From NCBI GenBank assembly GCA_963575745.1, contig CAUYUJ010000137.1:124001-188000 (forward strand): 64,000 bases of DNA, written 5' to 3'. Of the stretch, positions 13,490 to 25,000 are shown one piece after another; position 1 is the first letter of the stretch; the number at the start of each line of letters is the position of its first letter. Made by a program: the position numbers and the translations under genes. This DNA comes from Prorocentrum cordatum (Eukaryota). The notes under the pieces are model-generated. The model made no database searches. It had not been told where the DNA came from and saw nothing but the letters and a program-made list of their open reading frames with translations.

Positions 13490-14070
13490 TGCCAGATCTG
13501 CAATGCTTCGCACTCCTTCTGCACTGCTGCGTATGTTTGCATTGCGTTGCATTCCGTTGCCTTGTCTTGCATTCCTGTGCATGGCGTTGCATTCCTGTGC
13601 ATTGTTTGGCAGTCCTTTGCATTGTTTTGCATAGCTTTGTATTGGCGTACAGTGTGTTGCATTCGTTTGCGTGAACATGCATTTCATTGTATTGCAGTGG
13701 TGTGCATTGCTTTGCATTGCGCTGCATTGCAATACATCGCTGTGCATCGTGTTGTATTCCTTTGCATTGATTTGCAGTGATGGCATTGCTTTGCGTCGCC
13801 TTGCGTTGCTTGATATTGTGCTGCATCAGTTCACATTGGTTTGCCCGGCATTGCATGGCGTGGCATTGCTTGGAATTGCTTTGCATTGAGCTGCATTCAT
13901 TTACACCACGTTGCATTTCTATGCATTGCGTTGCAGCGATTGTCATTGCGTTGCATTTCTTTGCTTTGCATTCCAGTGCGTTACGCCACATATATCGCAC
14001 CGCATGGGCTACACATCCTAGATTGCACCCCCGTGGTTGCACCACCAAGGCTGCACCTCATGTATTGCAA
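13490..14070. repeat. Degenerate (TTGCA)n pentamer tract; inverse tract at ~61340-61500
   Basis: Direct inspection. Confidence 0.85.
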
Positions 14071-14276
14071 TAGCGTTATGTTTGGGGTCCACGCGGGCTA
14101 ACATGTGTGCACAAACAGGTACATGAATAGTTGCACACTCATACGTATGTGTATGGCTATAGCGATTCATGTACAAGACAGATGGGGTTCAGGCGGGCGG
14201 GAGGTCATCAAAACTTGTAAAGCTCAAATCATTTAGTTCCGTACTGACTGTGTTCGGCACGCTATCCTGCATTCAG

Positions 14277-14803
14277 GGGCACTCTGGTATCGGAAAATCC
14301 GGTGGGACGATACCAGCGCCCTTGGAAATCTTCGCATGCAACTTAGCTGACGGAGCGCGCCCAACATGGTGCTCCCAGGCATGTTTCTGCACCCCAGAAC
14401 GTAGTATCCTCCAAGCTGGGATAGATCTCCCTCCCCTCCCGAACCCCCCCACCCTTCCATTTACGTCTCGAGGGGGAACGATAAGGGTGGACTGGCTCAG
14501 GCGGGCGAGAACTAACCTGGAATCGACGGTACACCGTCGAATCGGCGATATGCGATAGGCCCCTGATGGGGACCAGCTTTCCTGGCTTGGCAAGGACTGT
14601 TCGGTGCCAGCACATGGGAGCCTCCCATGCCATCCTGCTGGCTCTTGAGAATCGGCGCTATCCGATACAAATCGGCGCTTCGACACTACATGAACGCTAA
14701 TGGACGCTAATCGATGCTACATCGGCGTTGTCCCATCGACTACAAGGCGCTACTGCACGCTAGTGCAGTCTGAAGATGGACTTGCGAGGGCACACGCGGC
14801 TCC
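14277..14803. repeat. Dispersed ~530-bp repeat, copy 1 (followed by MITE family A)
   Basis: Colinear with 36179-36735, from GGGCACTCTGGTATC through GAAGATGGACTTGCGAGGGC. A partial copy lies at ~49040-49200. Confidence 0.85.
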
Positions 14804-15769
14804 CATGAGTTGCTGTGGTGGCGAGCACAAGAGGGTTGAAGTGGACGGGGGTAGGCGTGTTGCAAGGATGCTGCTTCTTAGAAGGCGCTGGCCCTACATC
14901 TACAGAGAAGGCCCGCGCCTTCTAAGACGCAGGAGTGCTTCTAAGAAGTCCCCCTCCCCCCAACCCCCCTCTGCGCGTGGCTGATTGCTACCAAAACAAA
15001 GGTATGGGGCCACGTTCAGGGAGGCAGATCCCGCTAGAGTAGCCCCACAACAGCCTCCCTCCCTGGCCCCGTCGGGGCCAGGAGAATGGACCAGGGGGTT
15101 CTTGCCGCCCTGGGCGGTTAGTACACGTGCTCGGTCTGTTGTCGGGCTCGTGGTTCTGCTGTCAGCGCTTGGCCAGGACTGGACCTGCTACCAAAGTCTC
15201 CCTCCTGACTGCCTTCCCTCGCTGCTGTGGCAGCGAGGCCTCGCGCCTCAGCGCGTCGGCATGCCCGGAAATGGCGGCGGGGCCTGCGGCGCCATGCGCG
15301 CGCCGGGGCCGACGTGCAGGAACCTCGGGGGCGGTTCGGGCATGGCTTTAAGTCGGGCGTGTCCCCCTACAGGGGGATTTTGGGCGAAAAATAAAAAAAA
15401 ACTCAAAAAATGCCCACCCCCAATGGGCAAAACTAGGTAAAAAAACGTCCTCTGACTATTTCCCAACCATCCTGTGGTGTTGGGTCCTCGTTTTGACCAG
15501 ACAGCGCCCCGCGTTCCTCTCCTCTCCTCTCCTCTCCTCTCCTCTCCTCTCCTCTCCTCTCCTCCTCCTCCTCCTCCTCCTCCTCCTCCTCCTCCTCCTC
15601 CTCCTCCTCCTCCTCCCCATCACCATCACCATGAACATCATCATCACCATCCCCTCCCTCTCCCTACACCATCGTCACCATCATCACCGTAACCCATCAT
15701 CCATCAGCATCATCATCCTCATCCACATCCTCCTCATCATCGTCCCTACCCCCCATGTCGTCACACCCC

Positions 15770-16795
15770 TCACATGTTTCGTGGCCCCACAGGGAGCCCC
15801 ACCTAAGGCCGCAGTGGCGGTGTTCGCATGCGCCCCCCCACCCAGGACAGCGTTTCGTGGCCCCATAGGGAGCTCCACCGAAGGCCCCAATGGTGGTGTT
15901 CGCATGCGTCTCCCCCACCCAAGACGGCGTTTCGCGGCCCCACATAAAGCTCCACCAACGGCCCCACTGGGGGTGTTCGCATGCGTCTCCCCCACCAAGG
16001 ACAGCGTTTCGTGGCCCCATAGGAAGCTCCACCGAAGGCCCCACTGGGGGTGCTCGCATGCGTCTCCCCCGCCCGGGACAACGTTTCGTGGCCCCATGGG
16101 GAACTCCACCGAAGGCCCCACTGGGGGTGTTCGCATGCGTCTCCCCCGCCCATGACAGCGCTTCGTGGCCCCATTGTAAGCTTCACTGAAGGCCCCAGTA
16201 GGGGTGTTCGCATGCGTCTCCCCCACCCAGGACAGCGCGTCGTGGCCCCAGGGAGCTCCACCGAAAGCCAGAATCGGGGTGTTCGCATGCGTCTTTTCGT
16301 GGCCCGACCTCCATACCACGGGACGCATGCGTCTCCCCACCCAGGACAGCGCTTTTAGAGGGACCGAAGGCTGTTCGCATGCGTCTCCCCACCCAGGACA
16401 GCGCTTCGGGGCCCCATAGGGAGCTCCACCGAAGGCTTCAATCGGGGTGTAAGCATGCGTCTCCCCCACCCAGGACAGCGCTTCGCGGCCCCAGGGAGCT
16501 CCACCGAAGGCTTCAATCGGGGTGTTCGCGCGCGTCTCCCCCACCCAGGACGGCGTTTCGCGGCCCCATCGGAAGCTCCACCGAAGGCCCCACTGGGGGT
16601 GTTCGCATGCGTCCCCCCCGCACCCAGGACAGCGTTTCGTGGCCCCATAGGAAGCTCCACCGAAGGCCAGAATCGGTGCGTTTGCATGCGTCTCCCCCAC
16701 CCAGGACAATATTTCGTGGCCCCATCGGGAGCTCCACCGACGGCCTCAATCGAGGTGTTCGCACGCGTCTCCCCCACGCAGGACAGCGTTCCCAC
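15770..16795. repeat. 77-bp tandem array (~13 units); dispersed relatives at 18130-18310 and 62200-62270
   Basis: CGTTTCGTGGCCCCATAGGGAGCTCCACCGAAGGCCCC..GTTCGCATGCGTCTCCCCCACCCAGGACAG recurs at 15851, 15928, 16005, 16082 and onward. Confidence 0.95.
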
Positions 16796-16989
16796 GATCC
16801 ACGCGAGGGGCGTGCCGATATGGGAGAGAGCGTGATCCACCGCCGCTTTACTGTGGAAAATTGCCAACCGTTTCCTCCGGAACCCGGGGGTTTCCCCCCC
16901 CCCCCCCCCTCTCCGAAAATCCCCCCCCCTTGCTGGACCCCCCCCCCCCCCTTTCCCCTCGGCAACCCCCCCCCCTCCCCTAACCCTCC

Positions 16990-17937
16990 CCCCCCCCTCT
17001 CCCCTCGAAAACCGGGGGGGGGGTCACTACCGGTTCGATGCCGTCCCCCTCCCCCCCCCTCTCGGATCCGGAAAACCCCTCGAAAACCGGAGGGGGGTCA
17101 CTACCGGTTCGACCCCCTCCCCACGCACCGCCAGCAAACGACTCCCGTCCCTACCACCGCTCGCATCACATCCCCCACTGTTGTTCCCAGCACCACTGTC
17201 CTCACCACCACTGTCCCCACTGGTTCCACCACCGTCCCTATTGTCCCCACCAGTGCCCCCACCACTGTCGCACTGTCCCCACTGTTCCCACACTGTTCCC
17301 ACCACGGTTCCACTCTCCCCACTGTCTCCACGGACCCAACCACTGCCTATCCCCACTGTCCCCACTGTCCCACTGACTCCTCCGCTGTCCCACTGAGCTG
17401 TCCCACTGTTCCCACCACTGTCCCCACTGTCCCCACCACTGTCCCCACTGTACCTCTGTCCCATTGTCCCACCGCCGTCCTCGCCACCGCCTTCACCACT
17501 GTCCCCACCACCATTGTACCCTCCACTGTCCCACTGTTTCCACCTCATTCCCACTGTCCCCACACCACTGTCCCCACCACCACCGTCCCACCACTGTCCA
17601 CTGTCCCCCCTGTTCCCACCATTGTCCCCACCACTGTCCCCACCACTACCGTCCCCACCACTGTCACTGTCCCACTGTCCCCACTGTCCCGCTGTCCCCT
17701 CACCACTGTCCCCACCAACACCGTTCCCACCACTGTCCGCACCCCCACTCGGTTTTCGAAGGGGGGGGGGTTCGAACCGGTAGTGACCCCCCCCCCTTTT
17801 CATGATGAACTGGGGGAGGGGGGGGGGCTGGGGGGGGGGAGGGGTTCGAACCGGTAGTGACCCCCCCCGGTTTTCCGGGAGGGGGGGGGGGGGGGGAGGG
17901 GTTCGAACCGGTAGTGACCCCCCCCCGGTTTTCCGCC
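16990..17937. mobile_element. Foldback-like element: inverted subterminal units around a (CCACTGTCC)n minisatellite
   Basis: GAAAACCGG(G)nTCACTACCGGTTCGA occurs twice on the left (17007, 17082) and three times inverted on the right (17772-17934). The 9-bp repeat core spans 17170-17740. Confidence 0.7.
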
Positions 17938-19259
17938 AGCAGCGGTAGAACACGCTCTTTCCGATATGGACGTCGGCATGCATACGCGTAGACTCACTCG
18001 CACGCAGACTCATGCACAATCAGATCCACTCGTGCTCATTCTCACCTGCTCTCAGGCCTTCGTTATTGGACCAATCGTCTTCTTCCGTGTTGCGTACCCC
18101 GCCACACATCGGCACGCCCCTCACACGGTTCTTGGCCTCATAAGGAGCTCGACCGAAGGCTCCAATGGCAGGGTTCGCATGCGTCCGCGCCACCCAGTAC
18201 AGCGTTTCGTGGCCCCATGGGGAGCTCCACCGAAGGCCCCAGTGGCTGCATTCGCATGCGTCTCCCCGCCCAGGACAGCATTCCGTGGCCCCACAGGGAG
18301 CCCCACCGACTGCGTTGCTCACAAAGGCGGTCCTCACAACTGCACTATGGTTGGGTCCTTCGCCAGGCTAACTGTTTGACCATTTCTGAATATTCCTCCT
18401 GTAGAGGCGCAGGCCCGACGTAAGGTAAGCATGGCCGGGGGGAGGACGGCAAGGAGAGGGGCGAATCGACGGCGAGCCCACGGGCGGAGCGAGAGCGGGC
18501 GGGCCTTCGCAGGGGGGCTCGCAGGGCCTCGAGCCCTCCGAGAAGTGCCCCGAGCCTCCCCCGAGGACAGGAAGTGCTTCGCGAATCCTCGAGGACTGCT
18601 GCGAAGGCCCGAGCCAGGTCACGACGGAGGGCCCTCGCCAGGCCCTGGCGCCGTCGAAGAGCACCCCGTGCTCGGCACGTGCGCCTGGGGATCCCCGGAA
18701 CTCGGGATCCAAGGCGGAGGCACCACTTGCCAGGAGGGAGCGCCAAGGGAGCCAAGCGAAGCGCCGCGCTCCACAGGCTGTCAGTGGCCCTGCTGCCGGC
18801 GGGTCTCCAGAGGGTTCGCCCTTTTGGCGGGCTGCTCCATTGAAAAGCAACACTGCGTACCTCCCGCATCGGCTTCGAGGCGGGCGCAGCACGGCGGCGG
18901 ACGGATGCGGGTCGGCACACCTAAGACAATCGCTCTCGATGTCCTGATATATACGGTGGTAGTGCATGATAACCGACAAGCTGCGAGTCCTGAGTGCAAG
19001 TGTAAGGGTGTGACATCGTTTGCTGACGAAGCGATGTGATTAAAGCGCCATGATGGTCAGATGTAACAAGCTGACGTAACAGCACAAACCTGTGGCATTA
19101 CCACATGAGCAGGGCGTGACTGCATCAGACATCCTCGCAAACTTCGAAGAACGTGCTTGGCGTTCAAATGATGGTTTCTTCGCTCACTGCGAGCCTACCA
19201 AATCGTTTCATGAACACGGATATATCAAAATGCCAACCCCCTACGATGCCAATGTCACA

Positions 19260-19649
19260 TCAAAAGACAACAATTGACCAGGAATATGTAGGTGGCCTGT
19301 CCTTGGCAGCGCGTTCCAGATCTGCTGCCCAGAAATGGCACTGCTTGTCCCATCGCTCGTGGACATCGCCCCCGATCGCACATGGCATCCAACACATTGA
19401 TTTCAATTCTTCAGATTGCCCTTCCCTCTCCATCCCAACACCTGTAGCCCGGAAGAAGCAGGGCAAGATCGGTGCACGCAACTGGAATCTCCCCGGCACT
19501 GATCCTGCAAGTCGCAGTCCCCTGGAGAGCCTGCAGTCGGCCCTGAAGCAGCGCCCGCTGGTGAAGTTGAAACAGATCTGCGTCCGCCTGGGGCTACTCC
19601 CCCGTACAACTGCGCTTCTCGCTCCTTCTCCTTCACCTTTGCATCTCAC
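19260..19649 (-). pseudogene. Remnant with degenerate CCCH-like zinc fingers
   Basis: TQICFNFTSGRCFRADCRLSR (C-x7-C-x4-C-x3, last His replaced) plus the partial units PCFFRATG and QCHFWAA. Confidence 0.4.
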
Positions 19650-20612
19650 GGTGAATGATCAAACAGATCACACAACAACACAACGTGTGCGTGGGGCGCC
19701 CGCGATGCAGACTAACTGTGTCTGAGCTTTGCGCCGACCTGGAACTCTTGTCGAGCTCGAACCGTCAACGTGAACATCTTTCCTTCCCAGGTCGACGAGG
19801 CCGACTCCGTCTGTCTGCCTACTCAGACCTACATCTTGAGACAATGGCAGCGCTGATCGAACACAGAGTCAGGATAATGTTGGAATTTCTGACGGCTGAC
19901 AAGTCTACTTAGTCTAAGATGTCTATATATATGTGTATATATATATATATATATGTGTGTATGTATATGTCGCCGAGGCCGCTGAGAGGCATCTGGAATA
20001 CTCTCGAACTGTCGGACCTCTTTACAAAGCCCCCTGCGTCGTGAACTGTTCAACACGAGGACCCCGAGGTCTGTCAACAGGGAAAACTCGGCACGGAAAC
20101 ACACAAAAGCTGATGCCCATGAAAAAAATAAAAACGATTGGCAGTGTAAGGGACAACGGAACCCATGAACTATTACAGAACATATTGGGAATCCTGGGAT
20201 TTATGTCCAGTTAGTTGTGTCGCTGGGCCCCTTCAGTCTGGACCTACCACCTGTAGCCCGCTCCTCGCCCTGAACCCTTGTTCCGACGGCCCAGGGGCCC
20301 AGAGTAGAAGGGCACCCCGCGGCTGGAGAACTTGCCCCCAAAACCGTCCACCTCGGCATGCTTCACGACGTCATGGCCATGGGATGGAAAGGAGGAGGAG
20401 GAGGAGGAGGAGAAAAGCGGGGAGGAGGAGGAGGAGGAGGAAGAGACAAGCGGTGAGGAGGAGCACGAGGAGGAGGAAGAAGCAGGGAGGAGAACAAGGA
20501 GCAGGAGGAGGGCTGCGCCTGACAGTCCCTGAAGCCACCAGGGACCAGAAACCAGGAGAAGGAGAAGGAGGAGCAGGAACAGGAGCAGGAGGGAACCCGC
20601 GACCAGCCACTC

Positions 20613-21056
20613 TTGGCGGCGCGCACAGTGGGGTCTGGGGGAGGGGGGAAGGCTCCCTACGTCTGCAGACAAGGTCGGCGCCTTCTAAGAAGCAGGGGTG
20701 TTTCTGAGAAGCCTTCCCCCCTCCCCCTACCCACCATGCGACGTCCTGATTTGTTCCGTACGCGGTCCCTGAGTCGCAACCCCTTCCCCTGGGGCGCTTT
20801 TTCCTCCTGAGTCGTTTTCTGAAGGTCCCGGGGGGCGGCGAGGGCCCCAGGAGGCAGAAAATCGCAGGCTGACTGTTTCTGTTTCTTCCCCGGGTAACGG
20901 CCGTTACCAAGGGGGGTTCAGGCGGGAGGGTAGCGGTAACGGCGGCCGCGGCGTGCTCCCGCCAGGGTGCGTCCGCGCCACCGGCGCATCAATCGCACGT
21001 GAGCACCGCGCTCCATGTGCACACGGCAATGTAATTAGGGGGAAGGCCCAGGCCCC

Positions 21057-21088
<32 letters not shown>

Positions 21089-21376
21089 GAGGAGGAGGAG
21101 GAGGAGGAGAGGAGGAGGAGGAGGAGGAGGAGGAGGAGGAGGAGGAGGAGGAGGAGGAGGAGGAGGAGGAGGAGGAGGAGGAGAGAGGAGGAGGAGGGTG
21201 AGGAGGAGGAGGAGGAAGCGTTCGCGTTCGTTCGCGTTACGTTAGAGGGGGGGGGGTGGCGCGTTACGCCAGGGAGGGGGAACAAAAAAACGCTCACAAG
21301 AAAACCTCCCGCCCAGGTTCTCTCACGCCTTCACGACGCGATCATGTCGGGGTACCCCAACTCTGCGCGTGGCCGA
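20613..21376. mobile_element. Palindromic MITE family A copy with 5-bp TSD, carrying a ~620-bp nested insert
   Basis: CACTC at 20608-20612 and 21377-21381. Family ends TTGGCGGCGCGCAC / GCGCGTGGCCGA. The insert spans ~20741-21352. Confidence 0.75.
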
Positions 21377-22929
21377 CACTCCCTGGTCCCTGGGGCGCCC
21401 TTGGTGCGCAAGGGGCCGCGGGCCGCAGGCCGCGGCCGCCCGCGGGAGGGGGCCCCGGGGGGGGCGCCGCTCCCGCGGGCCGTGGGCCGCCCCGCCCGGC
21501 ATGGCGCGCTCGCAGCGGGCACGTGGAAGCACGGGTGCGGTCGTGGCGCTCGACGACAGGCCAGAGTCCACCATCACTGCCACGGGCAGGACGGGGGAGA
21601 AGGGATGATGGGAAGGCAATCCTCCTCCTCCTCCTCCTCCTCCTCCTCCTCCTCCAACTCCACCTCCTCCTCCTCCTCCTCCTCCGTCCCCCTCGTCGTC
21701 GTCCTCCTCCTCCCCCTTCCCCTCCTCCCCCTCCTACCTCTGGCAGAAGGTGGCTGAACATCGGCCCGTCGCTCGATCAAGAACCGATGGGGGCTGTCCC
21801 GGGCCACGGCGAGCATCCGCCGCGGCTCGGCTCCCCGACCCAGCTCCGAAGGGGCGGCCCGAGAGACAGAGCCCCCCCCCCGGGGGTCCTTGGCGCTGCT
21901 TCGTGGCCAATGGGGGCCCGGGGGCCCCGCTCTGCCCAAGGAGGTGGCTTTGGCCCTCGAGGGACGACAGTCGACTCGCATCGGAAGGATGCGCGATAAG
22001 GACGCCAGGGCCTTGGGAGGCCGGTTCGAAGCTTCTCGAGCGTGGCGCGGCCAGCGGAAGTGGCGAAGGATGGACCGAGGAGGCAAGGATGCATGGGTAC
22101 CCTTGGAAAAGTTGCTGATCCTTACTATGCGGGTTGACTGTGCCCCCGACCACTCGGCGGAAACCACGCAAATGATAGAGAACCCGCAGAAGCACAACGA
22201 CATGATTACCGATGCGACACAATCATTGCGGAAGCCATGCACTATGCCCAAGAGCGGGCGCTGGCCAAAGCCGAGCGCGGCCGCCGTTTGGCAGGCGGCT
22301 CCCCTTCGAACACGGACGGAACAACGTCCGCGGATGTGCCGACAGCAAGCCCCGTCCAAAGCGAGCAGGAGCTGCTGTCTGCCTTTGTCCGTACGTCAGG
22401 TTCGTGTCGTGCCGATTGCGGCGTTGGTTTCTGACACCGCGGGGATCGTTCAACCTTGAACGATCGGCCGTTTCCGAAACGTCCAAATCGCTCCATATCG
22501 AACGATTATGGGTCGCCCGCGGCGTTAAAAATTGAACGCCACTGGCGGGGTCGCCGCTGGTCGACACGACACGAACCTACCGTACCCACTTTGGGGTCCA
22601 ACGCCGATCCGACACAAATCCGCGTGGAACTTCGCTTCAGGACCCTCAATGTTCCCGCTTGTGGTTGTGATGACCGCGCGGCCCCAAAGGTCCCGACCGA
22701 TTCCCCAGAGGTCGTTTCGTCCCATATCCATCTTTGGTAGCCTGGGCGGGGGCACAACGGAACGCACATGCCGAGATCGAAGAAACACGCCAAGATCGAA
22801 TTACTCCGACGGTAGGACCCCGCATGAGAATCGTCAGAACTAATCCGGAAGTAATCCTCATCGTCGTTCTGGTGCCTACGGAGGCTCCCTTCCTGTCTGG
22901 TATTAGCTGCTCCTTGCCGACGCCTGCGT

Positions 22930-24692
22930 GCTGGATTGAGGATGGAAGCCTCGGATTGCAAAGGACCCCTGACAACGGAACCAGGCTCCCGCTCGAGACT
23001 TTGTCCAGATTCAGACTCAAAGGTGTTACGGTGGGGGCGTTGGTTAAGGACTGTGCCCAGAAGGCGTCAGACCCTGGAGGGTTCCTTATCTGAGGAAGGC
23101 GGCGGTGATATTCATAGTCAACCCGCGATTGGAGCTCACCGTCTTCCGGACCCTGGATTCTTTATCCAATGATTCCTTATCCAGTGCCCTCACCGTACCG
23201 AGCCTGTGCTTCTACAGGGAATCCCAGCGGCCACTTCGGATTAGCAGCTAGCCGCTGGGACATCGGGAAGGGCCCCTGCTCGAGACTTCCGTTCAATGTG
23301 CGCAGGGATGAGGCTCCCGCTCTGAACTTCCTCGGGATTCGGGCTCCCAATTGCCACCAAACTTTGCTTGTACAACAAATTCCGATGGCCGCCTCGGATT
23401 GCCGTCATGTATGTCGGAACCCCATAGCGAGTGGCGCACGCCGCACGCCGAAGACTTCCTCGCGAATAACTCACGGACGAGGCTCCCGCTCGAAACATCC
23501 CCTCGCTTCGCTCAAGAGCGAAAACTCCCGCTTCAGACTCCTTCGGGAATCAAACTCCCAAGTGTTACGAAACTTATTTATGTTACATGCCAGTCCGATG
23601 GCAGCCTCTGGCTACCAGCATGAGGTGGGGACCCCATACGAAAGGAGAGGCTTCAACTCAAGACTTCCTCGCGCCTCACTCACAAACAGCTTAGCGCCAG
23701 AGGCATTCTCTCAAGTTGCTCAGGAACGAAGCTCCCCCTCGAGACTTCCTCGGGATTGATGCTTCAGGGTGTCACCAAACCTGTGCTGTTACAAAGAAAT
23801 CAGGTGGCCGCCTCGAATTGCCATCATGGATGTCGGGGCCCCGAAGGGAGGTGCGCACGCCAAAGACTTCCTCGCGATTAACTCACAGGTAAGGCTCCCG
23901 CTCGAAACACCCTATCGATTTGCCCGTTTGAGACGCATCCGGGAATCAAACTCCCAAATGGCACCAAACATGTCCATACACGGCATTTCGAGGTGGGGAC
24001 CGCCTGGGGGGGCCTCCGCTCGAGACCCCTTCGCGATTCACTCAAAGACGAGGCTCCTGTTCGAGACTGAATACCCAGGTGTCACCAAACCTGTGCTTCT
24101 ACAAAGTCTTCCTACGGCCGGCTCGGATTACCACCGTGAGGCGAAGGGAGGCGGCTCCCGCTCGAGACTTCCTCGCGATTCACTCACACGGGAGGTTCCC
24201 GCTCGAGACATCATTTCAATTTGTTCCGAAACAATGTTTCCGCACTAGATTTCCTCTGGATTCAGGCTCGCGGGTGTCAACAAGCTTGTGTTTTGTTGGC
24301 ATGGTATTCCTATGACCGCCTTGGACTACCATCATGGAGATGGGCACACCACAAGGAGGAGTTCCCACTCGAGACCCCCATCGCCAATCGCTTAAAAGCG
24401 AAGTTCCCGCTCCAGACTTTGGCCCCAGAGTATCCGATGACCTGCTCGGATTGCCAACGTGAGGGCGGGAATACCATAGGGAAGGGTTCCCCCTGGATAA
24501 TTCTTCGCGATTCATTCTCAGTCGCGACATACGCTCGAGGCGTAAGTTTTCAGGTGTCACCCAAACTGTGCGTGATTTAGTTACACGGCTATTCCGATGG
24601 CCGCCTCGGGTTGCCTAAAAGAACCACCCAATCAGGATGGGCTCTATACCGAAACCTCCTCGAAATTCAGGCTCCCAGATGCCACCATTTTT

Positions 24693-24728
<36 letters not shown>

Positions 24729-25000
24729 TGTCCCAATGGCCGACTCGGATTGCCACCGCGAGGCGAAAAACTCGTGGGGAGGCAGCTCCTGCCCGAAACT
24801 TCCTCGCGGTTCACTCACAGACGAGTCTCCCGCTCGAGGATTTGAGCCCTCAAGTGTTACCGAACCTGTCTTTGCAGGGTTTTCCGATGGCCACCTCGGA
24901 TTACTACCATGAGGCGGGGACCCCACAGGACAGGGGTCCCGATCGAAACTGCGTCGCGATTCTTTCGCAGGCAAGGCTTCTGCTCGAGACTCACTCAGGA
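22930..25000. repeat. Old, degenerate tandem repeat (recurring GGCTCCCGCTCGAGACTTCCTCGCGATT / TCCGATGGCCGCCTCGGATTGCC blocks)
   Basis: The motifs recur about ten times in the same order with heavy divergence. Confidence 0.75.

Noticed and set aside
16379..17857. 492-aa mucin-like (PTTV) ORF
   Set aside because: It is a translation of the 77-bp array, poly-C runs and a 9-bp minisatellite.
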